Positions 25,087 through 38,332 of a stretch of 64,000 bases of DNA are shown here, one piece after another. The position numbers were made by a program, and so were the translations under genes. The DNA comes from Octopus sinensis (lineage: Eukaryota). The DNA lies in NCBI RefSeq assembly GCF_006345805.1, contig NC_043006.1, positions 46,376,001-46,440,000 on the forward strand, in the 5' to 3' direction. How positions within the stretch are numbered: position 1 is the first letter of the stretch; each line of letters starts with the position of its first letter. Below the pieces are notes generated by a model, which worked only from the letters and a program-made list of their open reading frames with translations, was not told where the DNA came from and ran no database searches.

Positions 25087-25148
<62 letters not shown>

Positions 25149-25445
25149 ATATTATATATATATATATCAGACTGTATTAGGAAGTGGAACAAGAAGAAGA
25201 AGAAGAGGTGGATGAGACAATCGTGATTGTTAGGAAGATTAGGAGGAGGACAGCAAAAAAGATTATTTAAAATGATGTCTAGAAATTAAGCCATCTATTT
25301 TTTTTCTTGTATATATGCAGAAACTTTAGTAATAACCTAGATATGAAGATTTCGATTTTTACCAATAAAAATTCGTTATACTTTTTGTATAACCGGGAAC
25401 GACGAAGTTAATGTTGGCGAAACGAGGAGCATGACGGAGACAGTG

Positions 25446-25540
25446 AGAATGATGATGATGATGATGATGATGACGATGACGACTATGATGATGATGATGA
25501 TAATGACGACGTTGATGATGATGATGATGACGACGACGAC

Positions 25541-25573
<33 letters not shown>

Positions 25574-25612
25574 AATGACGATGATGATGATGATCATGAC
25601 GATAATGATGAA
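25446..25612. repeat. (GAT)n/(GAC)n array
   Basis: Direct reading. Confidence 0.95.
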
Positions 25613-25893
25613 ACTAAGTAGAGGACGTCTCATAAATAAAGGCAGAAAATAAAAAATAAAAAAGAAGTTAATACATTCTCTCTGTACTGTGTCGGATTAA
25701 TATAATCAGTAAGACAGTTTTGTAGTAAACACAGCATTCAGATAAAAGTATATGAAATGCTGAAAACAGAAAAAAAAAACTAAAATGTAACGCGACAAAA
25801 TTCTTTCTCTTCATTTTATAATAAATAAATTTGTTAGTCTACAGTCGAATGTTTACGTTGCCCAAGATTTTCTTAATCATTCAACTAATGTTG

Positions 25894-26310
25894 AGGCGTA
25901 GGAGTGGCTATGTAGTAAGTAGCTTGCTTACCAATCACATGATTCCGGGTTCAGTCCCACTGCGTGGCACCTTGGGCAAGTGTCTTCTACTATAGCCTCG
26001 GGCCGAGCAAAGCCTTGTGAGTGGATTTAGTAAACGGAAACTGAAAGAATCAGGTCGTATATATGTAAATATATATGTATGTGTGTGTATATATGTGTAT
26101 GTATGTATGTGTTTGTTCCCCCAACATCGCTTGACAACCGATGCTGGTGTGTTTACGTCTCCGTAACTTAGCGGTTCGGGAAAAGAGACCGATAGAATAT
26201 GTACTAGGTTTACGAAAATAAGTCCTGGGGTCGATTTACTCGACTGAAGGTGGTGCTCCAGCATGGCCACAGTCATATGACTGAAACAAGTCAAAGAGTA
26301 AAAGAGTAAA
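25894..26310 (+). mobile_element. SINE type A
   Basis: Full-length match. Confidence 0.93.
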
Positions 26311-26473
26311 TGCGTATTTATTTAACAGTTTATTCATTGTATCAGCGTGACAAGGGGTTGGGTATTCCGAAGATACATACCCTACATTCTTTCAGTCTAC
26401 CCAGTTTCACTCACCGATTTTATTCGGCCTGAACTGTCTAAGGAGTAACACTCGCCGCATATTCTGAAACTCA

Positions 26474-26584
26474 TGCACGCATACATACATACTACATACA
26501 TACATACATACATACATACATACATACATACATACATACATACATACATACATACATACGTACATACATACATACATACATACA
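26474..26584. repeat. (TACA)n microsatellite
   Basis: Direct reading. Confidence 0.95.
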
Positions 26585-26899
26585 TGGCTAAATACCTATC
26601 TTATGAAATTAGGCTTCTCAAAACCAGAAAGCTGATTGGAAGACGACAGAACCAAGCCATCACAGGAAATGTAAAAATCTATAAAATTTCCCAGAAGTTT
26701 ATCATTTAAATATATATGAGTATGTCTCGATATACAAGTATCATTGTTGGAAACCGGTTCCCTCCCCAGTGGAAGATTTATAAATCAAAGATGGAATACA
26801 TATGCTTACCTGCATACATATATACATGCATATACATTTATCATGAGATCTAGAGATTCTCAGTATAGAAGAAACTTAGTAGTGCTCAAAAGATTCAAA

Positions 26900-27560
26900 A
26901 TTAGACTCCGATTTGATCACAGGGGATCAATTCAGTGGGGTACAAGAATGGCTACAAGAGGGATCAAGTTGAGCAGATTTAGGGGTTGTCAGCAATGAAG
27001 GACATGTGATGCTTCCTTACTTCTTTCTACAAGACCTGAGACCTAACTCTGCCACCAACATTGATGTCGTGGAATCAATTGTTAAACTCTGTATAGACAG
27101 TGTATGCAATGGAAGGTCATATGTGTGTTCAGTCAGACTCTGCACCATCACACATGGCTCTAGTAACACAAGAATGGATGGCTGAAAATTTTCATTGTCA
27201 GGCAACCCCTAATATTTTGACTCCTAATTCCCCAGATCTCTATCCATTGGAGTATTACATGTGAAGCGTTGTTGAAAGAGAAGTCAATGAACATGCCCAT
27301 AACACCAAAGATTCTTTGAGAGCTGCCATAGTCAGAGTAATGTCCAAAATGAACGAGGATGACTTGTTTCGAACATGTAGGCGATGTAGATCTCATATAG
27401 AAGCAGTTGTGGAAGCTGAAGCTGGCTTTGTTGTATAACATTATAGAAAAGAAAGTTTATTTTTATTCTTATAGCATCTTTGATAAATAGTCATTATCTG
27501 TTACTATATAGCTGTATTTTTATGTACATAAATATCTTCTTCAATATCTTACGCACCCTG
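26900..27560 (+). mobile_element. Decayed DD37D (maT)-type Tc1/mariner, 3' half with right TIR
   Basis: LGVVSNEGHVMLPYFF...(frameshift)SDSAPSH...NSPDLYPLEYY...IEAVVEAEAGFVV* (26979-27438); 37 residues between the second D and the third catalytic position; ends CACCCTG|TA. Confidence 0.88.
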
Positions 27561-28002
27561 TATATGTGTGTGCACCTGTTTAATATATATATATATATAT
27601 GATTTTATTATTATTATTATTGTTATTATTATTATTATTATTAAGAATAAACTGAAGAATTACATTTATGGTCATTACCATCCATGTTTTTTGCATTGTC
27701 AATTGATTTTGCAGGTAGGCAACGAATTGAAGCGTAACCGCTGGCTGAAATGTGCAGTGTCATTTCATCCCCTTTTTGCTCAGGACTCTTAACGTGTCCT
27801 GGAGCGCATAAAATGAATCATTCGTAAATTTCTGTAGACCCAAGTCATTGTTTCCATGGGGAAAGAATTATTTGGATAGGGCAGTTGCCTTAGGAATAAA
27901 TCAGAATGCAGTTATATGCGTTGAATACTGTTTTTGTAGTGGTTTTACATATCTGTAAATTGACCAACAATATTAAGGTTTAAGAAGTGGGCCTAATGGA
28001 TT

Positions 28003-28110
28003 ATATCAGTCCCAGTGGTCAACTGGTACTTTTTTTTATCTACCTCAGATGAATGACAGGCAAAGTTGACCTCGATCGCATTTGAGCTCAGTCTATAAGA
28101 TGGCGGAAGA
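28003..28110 (-). mobile_element. SINE type B fragment
   Basis: CCCAGTGGTCAACTGGTAC...GGCAAAGTTGACCTCG...TTTGAGCTCAG. Confidence 0.7.
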
Positions 28111-28179
28111 AATACAATAAAGTAGTCGTGGTGTGACATGTCAAATTTCTATTGTTCTCGTAACATCCCCGATGCAAAC

Positions 28180-28220
<41 letters not shown>

Positions 28221-28250
28221 ACAAACATTCCTATTCACGGAATTATGTAT

Positions 28251-28663
28251 ACTCTTTTGCTCTGTTACTTGTTTCAGTCATTTGACAGCGGCTATGCTGG
28301 AGCATCGCCTTTAGTCGAGCAAATCGACCCCAGGACTTATTCTTTGTAAGGCTAGTACTTATTCTATCGGTACCTTTTGCCGAACCGCTAAGTTACGGAG
28401 ACTTAAACACACCAGCATCGGTTGTCAAGCTATGTTGGGTGGATAAACACAGACACACAAACATATACATACACATACACAACGGGCTTCTTTCAGTTTC
28501 CATCTACCAAATCCACTCTCAAGGCTTTCGTCGGCCCGAGGCTATAGTAGAAGACACTGGCCCAAGGTACCATGCAGTGGGACTGAAACCGGAACCATGT
28601 GGTTGGTAAGCAAGCTACTTACCACACAGCCACTCCGGCACCTACACAGCCACTCCTGCGCCT
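28251..28663 (-). mobile_element. SINE type A
   Basis: Full reverse-complement match; short duplication of ACACAGCCACTCC at the head. Confidence 0.92.
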
Positions 28664-29434
28664 ATATATGTAAATTACTGCAAAATTAAAGATGGATTAT
28701 GTTCTATAACCGAATGTACGCGATTCAAACTTTTACTGACGTGACTGTAGGATGCAAGCAATTGCGCATTGTTTTAATCAAATCTTTAGTAGCATTTTAT
28801 AATTTCCTCCAAACAATCCATATGGATCTTTAAAACTTTCATCAATGGAACTTTGGACTAGCAACAACATATCGGAAGAGATTGTTTCGATATACTTTGA
28901 TTTTGATATAAAATTTTTATTCAGCAAGATTAAAACCTGATATTAAAAAAAATTCTTACTGGTATCGGCCATATTTATTGTCAAAATACTGTTATTTTAT
29001 GCTATAATTTTATATCTATTGGTCTCTTTGATGTTTGAAATTCTCTTTTCAGTTTTACAATGTATGGTTTGCATGTTATATAGCCTAATAAATTAAGATC
29101 TTTGGAATAAAAGTTTCGATTTTGTATTTTACAATTGGGTTCTATAACAACTCACAAAATTTGTATTTTTACACAGCTTTCACTGAAATAATACAACACA
29201 ACTCACACAACCAATGCTACAAAGAATGTACACGATCACCACTCGACACTAAAACGTAAAATACAATTTCACAAAGTATATCCGAACTTCCATGTACTCA
29301 TATGAGTGAATACATGGGGATCGGGATATGCTTTTGTATCTGAGTATATTCAAAGAAATATTGTTGCGAGCTCGATTTAAAATTGCTAATATTACAGAAA
29401 TTTAATGAATGCATGTTAGAAATAAAGGTTTCTT

Positions 29435-29655
29435 TAACTTGTTTCAGTCATGCTGGAGCACCACATTTAGTCAAGCAAATCGCCCCCAGGACTTAATCTT
29501 TGTAAGTCAGGTACTTATTCTCTCGGTCTCTTTTGCCGAACCACTCAGTTACGGGGACGTAAACACACCAGCATCGGTTGTCAAGCGATGTTGGGGGAAC
29601 AAACACAGACACAGAAACATATACACACACATACATACAAACATACATACATACA

Positions 29656-29719
<64 letters not shown>

Positions 29720-29858
29720 TACGACGGGCTTCTTTCAGTTTCCGTCTACCAAAATACACTCACAAGGCTTTGGTTGTCCCGATGCTATAGCAGAAGACAC
29801 CTGCCCATGGTGCCACGTAGTGGGACTGAACCCGGAACCACGTGGTTGGTAAGCAACT
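29435..29858 (-). mobile_element. SINE type A
   Basis: Reverse-complement match with an internal (TACA)n(TA)n. Confidence 0.9.
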
Positions 29859-30268
29859 CACCGTCTATATAAACATATACAGAGAAACTAAAACTAATAG
29901 CTTACTTACCCTTTTTTTATTTCAATATTTCGGGCACAACATCTCTTTATCAATCGCCTAAGATTTAAAATATATGAAACAAAAATCTAACGCTTGTTTT
30001 GTTTTCTTATCCACCATTTTCGATTCATTATACTTGATTTCTGAAATAAAATATCAAGTTTAAATTATACAGTGACACATGCACAGCGGAAAGATAATAA
30101 CTAATTAGTCGTTTCTGAGAATAAGGAAAGTATCAACAACAAGGACTTTGTATAAAATGTATTGTATGCACAGTAGACAATACTGTTATTAGGCTCTGAT
30201 TCATACATCGAGTACTCAATGTTAACCGATTATAAACACGTACTGAGAAATATCTACATAACACTTCT

Positions 30269-30572
30269 CTTGTTTGTTCCTTCTCGAGCCACGTCTGGGT
30301 CATAAGGGCCGGTTTCCTAGTTTCCTAGGAGTATAGGTTCCCCACCTGGACGGGACGCCGGTCCGTCGCAGATGAGCTGCTAGATGCAGTAGGAAAGAAT
30401 GAGAGAAAGTTGTGGCGAAAGAGTAGCAGAAGTTCGCCATTACCTTCTGCCGGAGCCATGTGAAGCTTAGGGGTTTTGGTCATAAACAAACACATCGCTC
30501 GGTCTGAGATTCTAATCCGCGATTCCTCGACCGCGAGTTCGCTGCTCTAACCACTAGGCCATGTGCCTCCAC
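30269..30572 (-). mobile_element. SINE type D with 13-bp TSD
   Basis: ACATAACACTTCT at 30256-30268 and 30573-30585; head as in 16845-17161 but with a different 3' tail. Confidence 0.88.
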
Positions 30573-30690
30573 ACATAACACTTCTAGGTTCTCCTAATAT
30601 AGAAATTTTCCTCGGAGATTGGTCAAAATTTTGTGACTGAAATTTGGTATTTGAATATTTGTGCGTGCATGTGCTTGTGTTCGAGCGTGC

Positions 30691-30745
<55 letters not shown>

Positions 30746-30834
30746 TATAAGTGTTTGTCTATGTCTATCGGCTAGAAAATAAGGTGGTTTATATTGTGGC
30801 CAGTTATATCCCTTTACTTAGTAGTTCGGAAAAT

Positions 30835-31157
30835 GAAGAGAGCACTCCGTCAGTTACGACGATGAGGGTCCCAGCTGATCTGATCAACGGAACAACTTGC
30901 TCGTGAAATTAACCTGCAAGTGACTGAGCAATGTTCAGACACGTGTACCCCTAACGTAGTTCTCAGGGAGATTCAGCGTGACACAGTGTAACAAGACCGG
31001 CCCCTTTAAATACAAATACTACTCATTTTTGCCAGGTGAGTGGACTGGAGCAATGTAAACTAAAGTGTCTTGCTCAAGGACACAACGCGTCGCCGGGAAT
31101 TGAACTCATGACCTAACGATCATGAGCCGAATGCCTTAACCACTAAGTCACAGGCCT
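30835..31157 (-). mobile_element. SINE type C
   Basis: Matches 6750-7068; CORE-like GTGTCCTTGAGCAAGACACTT on the minus strand. Confidence 0.85.
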
Positions 31158-31279
31158 TTAAAAATAGCTATCTGTGAAATATCTACATACCAAAATAAGT
31201 ACTGGCTTTCATAAGAGTCGTAAATATTTCAGGCCGGTGCTCCAGTTGTCCAGTGATTGAAACGAGTAATGCAATAAAT

Positions 31280-31638
31280 AAATGCATTCATATATCGAGG
31301 CACACCGTCGGTTACGAGGACGAGGGATGTGAAATTAACGCGCAAGTGGCTGAGCACTCCGCAGAGACGCGTATCCTTAACGTACTTCTCGGGGATATTC
31401 AGCATGACACAGATTGTGACAAGGCTGGCCATTTGAAAATACAGGTACAACAGAAACAGGATAAAGAGCGAGAGAAATTTGTGGTGAAAGGGTACAGCAG
31501 AGTTCGCCCTGTCAGAGCGTCATGGAGCTTTAGAGGTTTTGGCTCAATAGACATTCACAGCGCCCGCTTTGGGAATCGAAACCGCGATCCTACGACCGCG
31601 AGTCCACTGCCCTAACCATTGGACCATTGTGCCTCCCT
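31280..31638 (-). mobile_element. Composite: type C 3' part joined to type D 5' part
   Basis: 31280-31445 matches the type C tail; 31460-31638 matches the type D body and head. Confidence 0.75.
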
Positions 31639-31661
31639 CTCTCTATATATATAAATATGTG

Positions 31662-31716
<55 letters not shown>

Positions 31717-31724
31717 ATAAATAA

Positions 31725-31755
<31 letters not shown>

Positions 31756-32172
31756 ATATACGCACACGCATATACATATATATATCCACATATATACGTC
31801 CATATGTGTGTGTGTGTGAGAGAGAGACACACGCGCACACACAGACACGCACAAACAGAGACAAAGAGGGAGAAGGAGAGAGTGAGAAGTTACAAAAGTA
31901 TTGTAATTAAATATTCCCTTCCTAGCAATTTATTTGAGAAATTTGTCCATTACACGATATATCAATCTGAATTGCCCATACAGATATAGATTATTAACGA
32001 GTTATAGACAATTACATAAAGACATTTTACTGTTTCCTTTCCTTCCTACTTTCATTTCAGCCATTCTGTATTGAATCTTAAGTGTATTGACTAACAAGTT
32101 AGAACCATTGTACACAACTTTGTGACCACTCAACAGAGTGGCACTTATAAATGAACGTTCACGCACATACAG

Positions 32173-32205
<33 letters not shown>

Positions 32206-32431
32206 CGTATATATATATATACATATGTATATATATACATATGTATACATATGTATATGGAAGATGGAGAAAAAATAAAGAAGGAATGGAAAGAAAATTA
32301 AAGGGTAAAGGTGTGTTAAATCGAGAGAATCGTTAATATACATATGCGGTTCTGTGTGCCTCTTTGTCTGTGTCCCTATCTTACCTAGTTATCAATACAT
32401 ATATGGGTATATTTACACAGAAAGACTGATG

Positions 32432-32442
32432 GGTAGACGGAT

Positions 32443-32473
<31 letters not shown>

Positions 32474-32675
32474 TAGATAGATAGATAGAGAGATAGATAT
32501 AGATAGATAGATAGATAGATAGATAGACAGACAACGGATAGAGAGGCAGATAGATAGATAGATAAATAGATAGATAATAGATAGACAGACAGACAGACAG
32601 ATAGATAGATAGACGGACAGACAGCTAGACAGACAGAGAGACAAATAGATAGATAGATAAACAAACAGATAGATC

Positions 32676-32760
<85 letters not shown>

Positions 32761-32897
32761 CAGAGACAGACAGACAGACATACAGAAATACAGATAGATA
32801 GATTGATAGATAGATAGATAAATAGACAGATAGGGAGACAGACAGATAGATAGATAGATAGTCAAACAAACAGACAGAGAGATAGACAGACATACAA

Positions 32898-32971
<74 letters not shown>

Positions 32972-33050
32972 GGACAGGCAGATAGATGGGTAAACAGACA
33001 GATAGATAGTCACACAGACAGACAGACAGACAGATAGATAGATTGATAGA
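32432..33050. repeat. (GATA)n/(GACA)n compound array, about 620 bp
   Basis: Direct reading; the source of the 210-aa SIYL ORF. Confidence 0.95.
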
Positions 33051-34747
33051 TATTACCTTTTTCAGTTAGAGAGGTATGTATTTGTATATACCTACGTGTG
33101 TGAGTCCATGTAAATGAGAGTACTTGTATTGTTGTATGCCATGCCTCTGCGTATGTCAGTTAAACTAGTGTTTCTCAGCGATTTAATTTCACGTATCTTC
33201 TAGTAATTTTCCGATACCATTTAAACTTTCTTGACTTTTATAACTAAAAAAATATGAAGTGATAAAAAAAAAATCTCTATAGCTATCGCTTAGAACACGA
33301 GCGGTTATAAAATAATGACTGTCGTTGAACTAATTTTTCTCTACGACCCATTTTTGAGAGTATTAACGCCATTTTCGTATCGATTATTTTAACTGATTCT
33401 ATGTAGAGGAACGTCTCTAATGCTTTACGTCTTTAAAAAAAAACTTTTAATAGTTCATTTAAATTATTGCCAATAGTGATAATGATATTTCGTGAAGCAT
33501 CCAATGTCATACTGATAGCCTCAGCTTCGCTGACAAATACCCTCAGGAAATAATTTCTTCCCCAGCAGAAACAATGTGACTTTCTTCCTTCACTATTTCA
33601 AATTGAAGGTGAAGAGAACGTTAGGTATCCTAAAATGTCTTCTTTCCATCATTGTCAATCATCAAACCAGCAGTTTGTTGTGATGCAATTCGTCGTTAGT
33701 TTTAGAAGAGCAATCATTGTCAGAGCCAATTGATCGTAAAGAAGAGTTATCTTCCAAACTACTGTTTATTTCTAGTTTGCGTGCCGACTCGACTGTTCTG
33801 TTCTATTCTGACGATATCTATGATCCAGTGAGTTTTGCTGTTTATAATTAAACAGACCAGCCTTATCTTAGCTTCAAGTCTGTTCAGTCTGCATGCGATA
33901 ATATATCGTTCTGTTGTTGAGATGAACAGCTAATTAGAACAAGAAGTAAACAGCCAGCCCTATTCCAGTTCTGTATAAGAGGATGCAGTAAAAGGAATTA
34001 AAAGCTTAAGTACTCCAATAAATTTGAATTATTTATTTACGATATTTATTTATTGTACCGTGTTTAAATCCCTATCTAAAACTGACCGGCTTTCGGTTGC
34101 CAAAAGCAGTAGTTATCGTAGGACATAGCCAATTATTCTCCTTTCGGAAGGATATCTCATTAAATTCGCTTGATCAGACATCCTAGTTCATAAATCGATC
34201 ACGATTTAGTTGCTAGTCAGTGATTGACATACTGGTAGGGAGATAATGTATTTATAATGATCCAGGTGTTGCTTTCACGTGACAGAAGAAAAGAAAATCA
34301 CAACCAATTCACATAAATTAACATGAAAAAACCCTGCAATTAGTAGTTTAATAAAGAGTTTTTCTCCGGTTCTACTGGCCGCGTTTGGTGCCCAGCAAAT
34401 GCTCCTGCACTCTGAATGAAGCATAAACTAATATATCACAAATATTTACTGTACAGAAAACAAAAGGTTGTCATTGACACCTTGGATAATTCTAGGTTTG
34501 ACGTAATGAGCTTCAGACTTTGACTACATTCCACAAGTAGACATATTTTGTATTATGGTTTCCCTGCGTGCAAAAAGAACCCGCATCTTTTCCAGTGGGT
34601 TTCACATGCTTCTTAGAACGGTACCAAACATACTTTTTTTCGAATCTAGGCACAAGGCGCGAAGATTGGGGGAGGAGAGCAGTGGATTAGATCTACCCCA
34701 GTACGCAACTGGTACTTAATTCCAGTTCTATATTTAAGAGATAAGAA

Positions 34748-34952
34748 ATTATGTACATTATTTACATTCGACGGATATTTGTCCTCATCTTGTTTGTTGT
34801 TAACACAACGCTTCGGCTGATATACTCCCCACGCAACGTATTGGTTAAGAGCGCGGGCTACTACCCTAAGATTCCGAGTTCGATTCCAAGTGGTGACCTG
34901 AACACTAACAACAACAACAACAACAACAATAATAATAATAATAATAATAATA

Positions 34953-35014
<62 letters not shown>

Positions 35015-35023
35015 TAATAATAA

Positions 35024-35054
<31 letters not shown>

Positions 35055-35247
35055 AAGAAGAAGAAGAAGCGGAAGAAAAAGAATTAGAAGAAGAAGAACA
35101 TCGAAAAATACCTTAGGAATGAGAACCCACGTCAGAAATTTCCCCAAGACACCTGCAGAATGCTGGAGGTTATATCAGCCGAAATGTTTTCTTAACAACA
35201 AACAAGATGTGGACAAATATCCGTCGAAAGTAAATAATGTAAATAAT
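34748..35247 (+). mobile_element. tRNA-headed SINE-like element with (AAC)(AAT)(GAA) spacer, HHR-bearing 3' part and inverted 5' duplication
   Basis: A-box-like CGTATTGGTTAAG (34837), B-box GAGTTCGATTCC (34876-34887), triplet spacer, HHR remnant 35147-35193; 34748-34828 is the reverse complement of 35165-35247. Confidence 0.72.
35147..35193 (+). ncRNA. Decayed minimal type-I hammerhead motif
   Basis: AGACAC-CTGCAGA-A-TGCTG-GAGGTTATAT-CAGCC-GAAA-TG-TT-TTCTT; the inverted partner copy reads CAGCC-GAAG-CG-TT-GTGTT, which restores the CG and stem I. Confidence 0.6.
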
Positions 35248-35925
35248 GGTACTTAATTTATCAACACCGAAAGGATGAAAGGCAAAGTTGACCTCGGCGG
35301 AATTTGAACTCAGAATGTAAAGACAGACGAAATACCGCTCAGCATTTCGCCCGGCGTGCTAACGTTTCTTATTTCTTTACTGGCCACAAGGGTCTAAATA
35401 TATTTCTTTATTGCCCACAAGGGGCTAAACATAGAGGGGACAAACAAGGACAGACAAAGGGATTAAGTGGATTACATCGACCCCAGTGCGAAACTGGTAT
35501 TCACTTATTGACCCCGAAAGGATGAAAGGCAAAGTCGACCTCGGCGGAATTTGAACTCAGAACGCAGCAGTGGACGAAATACGGCTACGCACTTCGCCCG
35601 GCGTGCTAACGTTTCTGCCAGCTCGCCACGTTACGGTACTAAACATACTAAACAATAATATACAGTAAAAGTTCATGATTATATAGATATATATATTTCT
35701 TTACTACCCACAAGGGGCTAAACACAGAGGGGATATACAAGGACAGACAAACGGATTAAGTCGATTATATCGACCCCAGTGCGTAACTGGTACTTAATTT
35801 ATCGACCCCGAAAGGATGAAAGGCAAAGTCGACCTCGGCGGAATTTGAACTCAGAACGTAATGGCAGACGAAATGCCGCTACGCATTTCGCCCGGCGTGC
35901 TAACGTTTCTGCCAGCTCGCCACCT
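35248..35925 (-). mobile_element. Cluster of three SINE type B units
   Basis: GGCAAAGTCGACCTCGGCGGAATTTGAACTCAG-type core at about 35281, 35528 and 35823. Confidence 0.93.
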
Positions 35926-36949
35926 TACGGTACCAAACATACTAAACAATAATATACAGTAAAAGTTCATGATTATATAGATATATAGTTTGGTTGCAAT
36001 TGTGCGGCCCGGCACCTCTGGCAAAGATATTCTACATAAAACACGATTTGACAAACACTGGAAACTTTGTTTAGGTATATCTACATCTTTTATCGGTGTA
36101 TATTATCGAAGGAGGGATATAAAATCCGGCAAAAACTATGCACTCTTCAAGCGACGTCCCTTGTGTGTAATTAAAATCAATTCTCCTTCTCTCTCTCTCT
36201 TTCGATCGCCTGAACAAGTGATTGGCCTATCTCATGATGCTATTTTTAAATTAAACTTTAGTTGAATATTATCGAAATGTAATAAATGTGCTTCACCATC
36301 TCTTTGTTGTATACTGTTATTCTTATTATTTTCGTGTTTTCTGGTATTTTCATTTGCCTTAGTCTTTTACTAGAGATCTAGAGATTAATTAAAACATTTC
36401 CAGTTCACTTACAATATTTAATTGTATAGTTAATTGTAGTTCATTTCTAACTGTTCAGTAGATTTTAGTTATATCACGTTTACAAAAACATTTACTTTAT
36501 CTTTGTATATATAAGAACTTCGTTTCTTCGTGTAGCTCATCAGTAACTCTCTCCTGAAGTTAGTTTGAAAAATGTCATAAATCCGCAAGTCGTAGTACCG
36601 TTTATATTGTGTACTTTTAGGTTCCTTTCAGTAATATCACTTTTCCGCCTCCATTCACTGCATTTAATATTTTGTGATTTGCATGTGTTCTTATAATCTC
36701 TGAAGCACAAAATATCAACTATCGCCCCTAGATCTGCAAATATATGCCCACTATTTATTACAGCTCATAACGATTTTTACAAGCGTAAACCAATAGATTT
36801 CTTACCTATGATTGTAACACCTTTCGAGCATCTAAACCGGGATAACATTACAATGACCTGGAGATTAACATTTTCAGCAGAATCATTTTCTCTGCTGAAA
36901 AGGTTGATCTTCCTGCCATTGTAATGTTACCCTGGTTAATATGCACGAA

Positions 36950-37365
36950 AGGCGGCGAGCTGGCAGAAACGTTAGCACGCCGGGCGAAATGCTTACCGGT
37001 ATTTCGTCTGCCGTTACGTTCCGAGTTCAAATTCCGCCGAGGTCGACTTTGCCTTTCATCCTTTCGGGGTCGATTAAATAAGTACCAGTTACGCACTGGG
37101 GTCGATATAATCGACTTAATCCGTTTGTCTGTCCTTGTTTGTCTTCTCTCTGTTTAGCTCCTTGCGGGTAGTAAAGAAATAGGTATTTCGTCTGCCGTTA
37201 CGTTCTGAGTTCAAATTCCGCCGAGGACGACTTTGCTTTTCATCCTTTCAGGGTCGATAAATTAAGTACCAGTTACGCACTGGGGTCGATGTAATCGACT
37301 TAATCCCTTTGTCTGTCCTTGTTTGTTCTCTCTATGTTTAGCTCCTTGTGGGCAATAAAGAAAAA
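36950..37365 (+). mobile_element. SINE type B dimer (full unit plus head-less unit)
   Basis: Junction AAAGAAATAG|GTATTTCGTC at 37182/37183. Confidence 0.93.
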
Positions 37366-37968
37366 AGAAAAAAGAAGCATTTACATAACAATTTTAGAGC
37401 GTAACTTTTTAAAGTTTGCTCTGCAGATTTCGATGTTCTTATCATTTCATTTGTTTTTGAATATGGTTATTACATTTAATTTGTGATTTTTTTTCCCACT
37501 CGCATACTCAAAAACTAACGTAAAGGAGCTAAAAGCACCGAAAATAATTCAAAATAACGAAGACGAGGAGTACTAAATTTCTGAAATGAACTTAAGCAAT
37601 GTTAAATCTACTGAAAGATTTCACACAAATACATAGTAATTTTACCATTTATGAATTTTGAAAAAAACATCTTTTAAAGATAATGAAAATAGAGACAAAA
37701 TCTACTAACCTAATGCACGAAGGGTGAAATTCTTTCAAGGAAATCAAATTAAAACAGAAAGATAACAATGTCACAATATAAAGTAACATATATATTTAGC
37801 GAGAGTGCATCTAAAATTAAGAAAGCATCAATCATACATAATGGTATTAATACAGAATCTTTAATGTCATAAATATATATGTTATTCAAGGAAGCTGAAA
37901 AAAATAAAGTGATGTATAATGTAGTCTATTAAAGACAGGTGTTCGTATCTAGATATTCATAAAAGCAA

Positions 37969-38033
<65 letters not shown>

Positions 38034-38074
38034 ATATATTATATATATATGTATATATATGTGAATGTTTGTAT

Positions 38075-38127
<53 letters not shown>

Positions 38128-38151
38128 GATAGATATACACATAGCATATAT

Positions 38152-38197
<46 letters not shown>

Positions 38198-38332
38198 TAC
38201 CTATTTCTTTATTACCCACAAGGGGCTAAACACAGAGGGGACAAACAAGGACAGACATAGGTATTAAGTCGATTACATCGACCCCAGTGCGTTACTGGTA
38301 CTTAATTTATCGACCCCGAAAGGATGAAAGGC
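38198..38332 (-). mobile_element. SINE type B 3' half
   Basis: CCTATTTCTTTATTACCCACAAGGGGC...CGACCCCGAAAGGATGAAAGGC. Confidence 0.88.

Noticed and set aside
29290-29317. Palindrome CCATGTACTCATATGAGTGAATACATGG
   Set aside because: Short and isolated; no partner end or TSD found.
34837-34900. tRNA gene
   Set aside because: No acceptor stem or complete cloverleaf; it is a SINE head, like the other tRNA-like sequences here.
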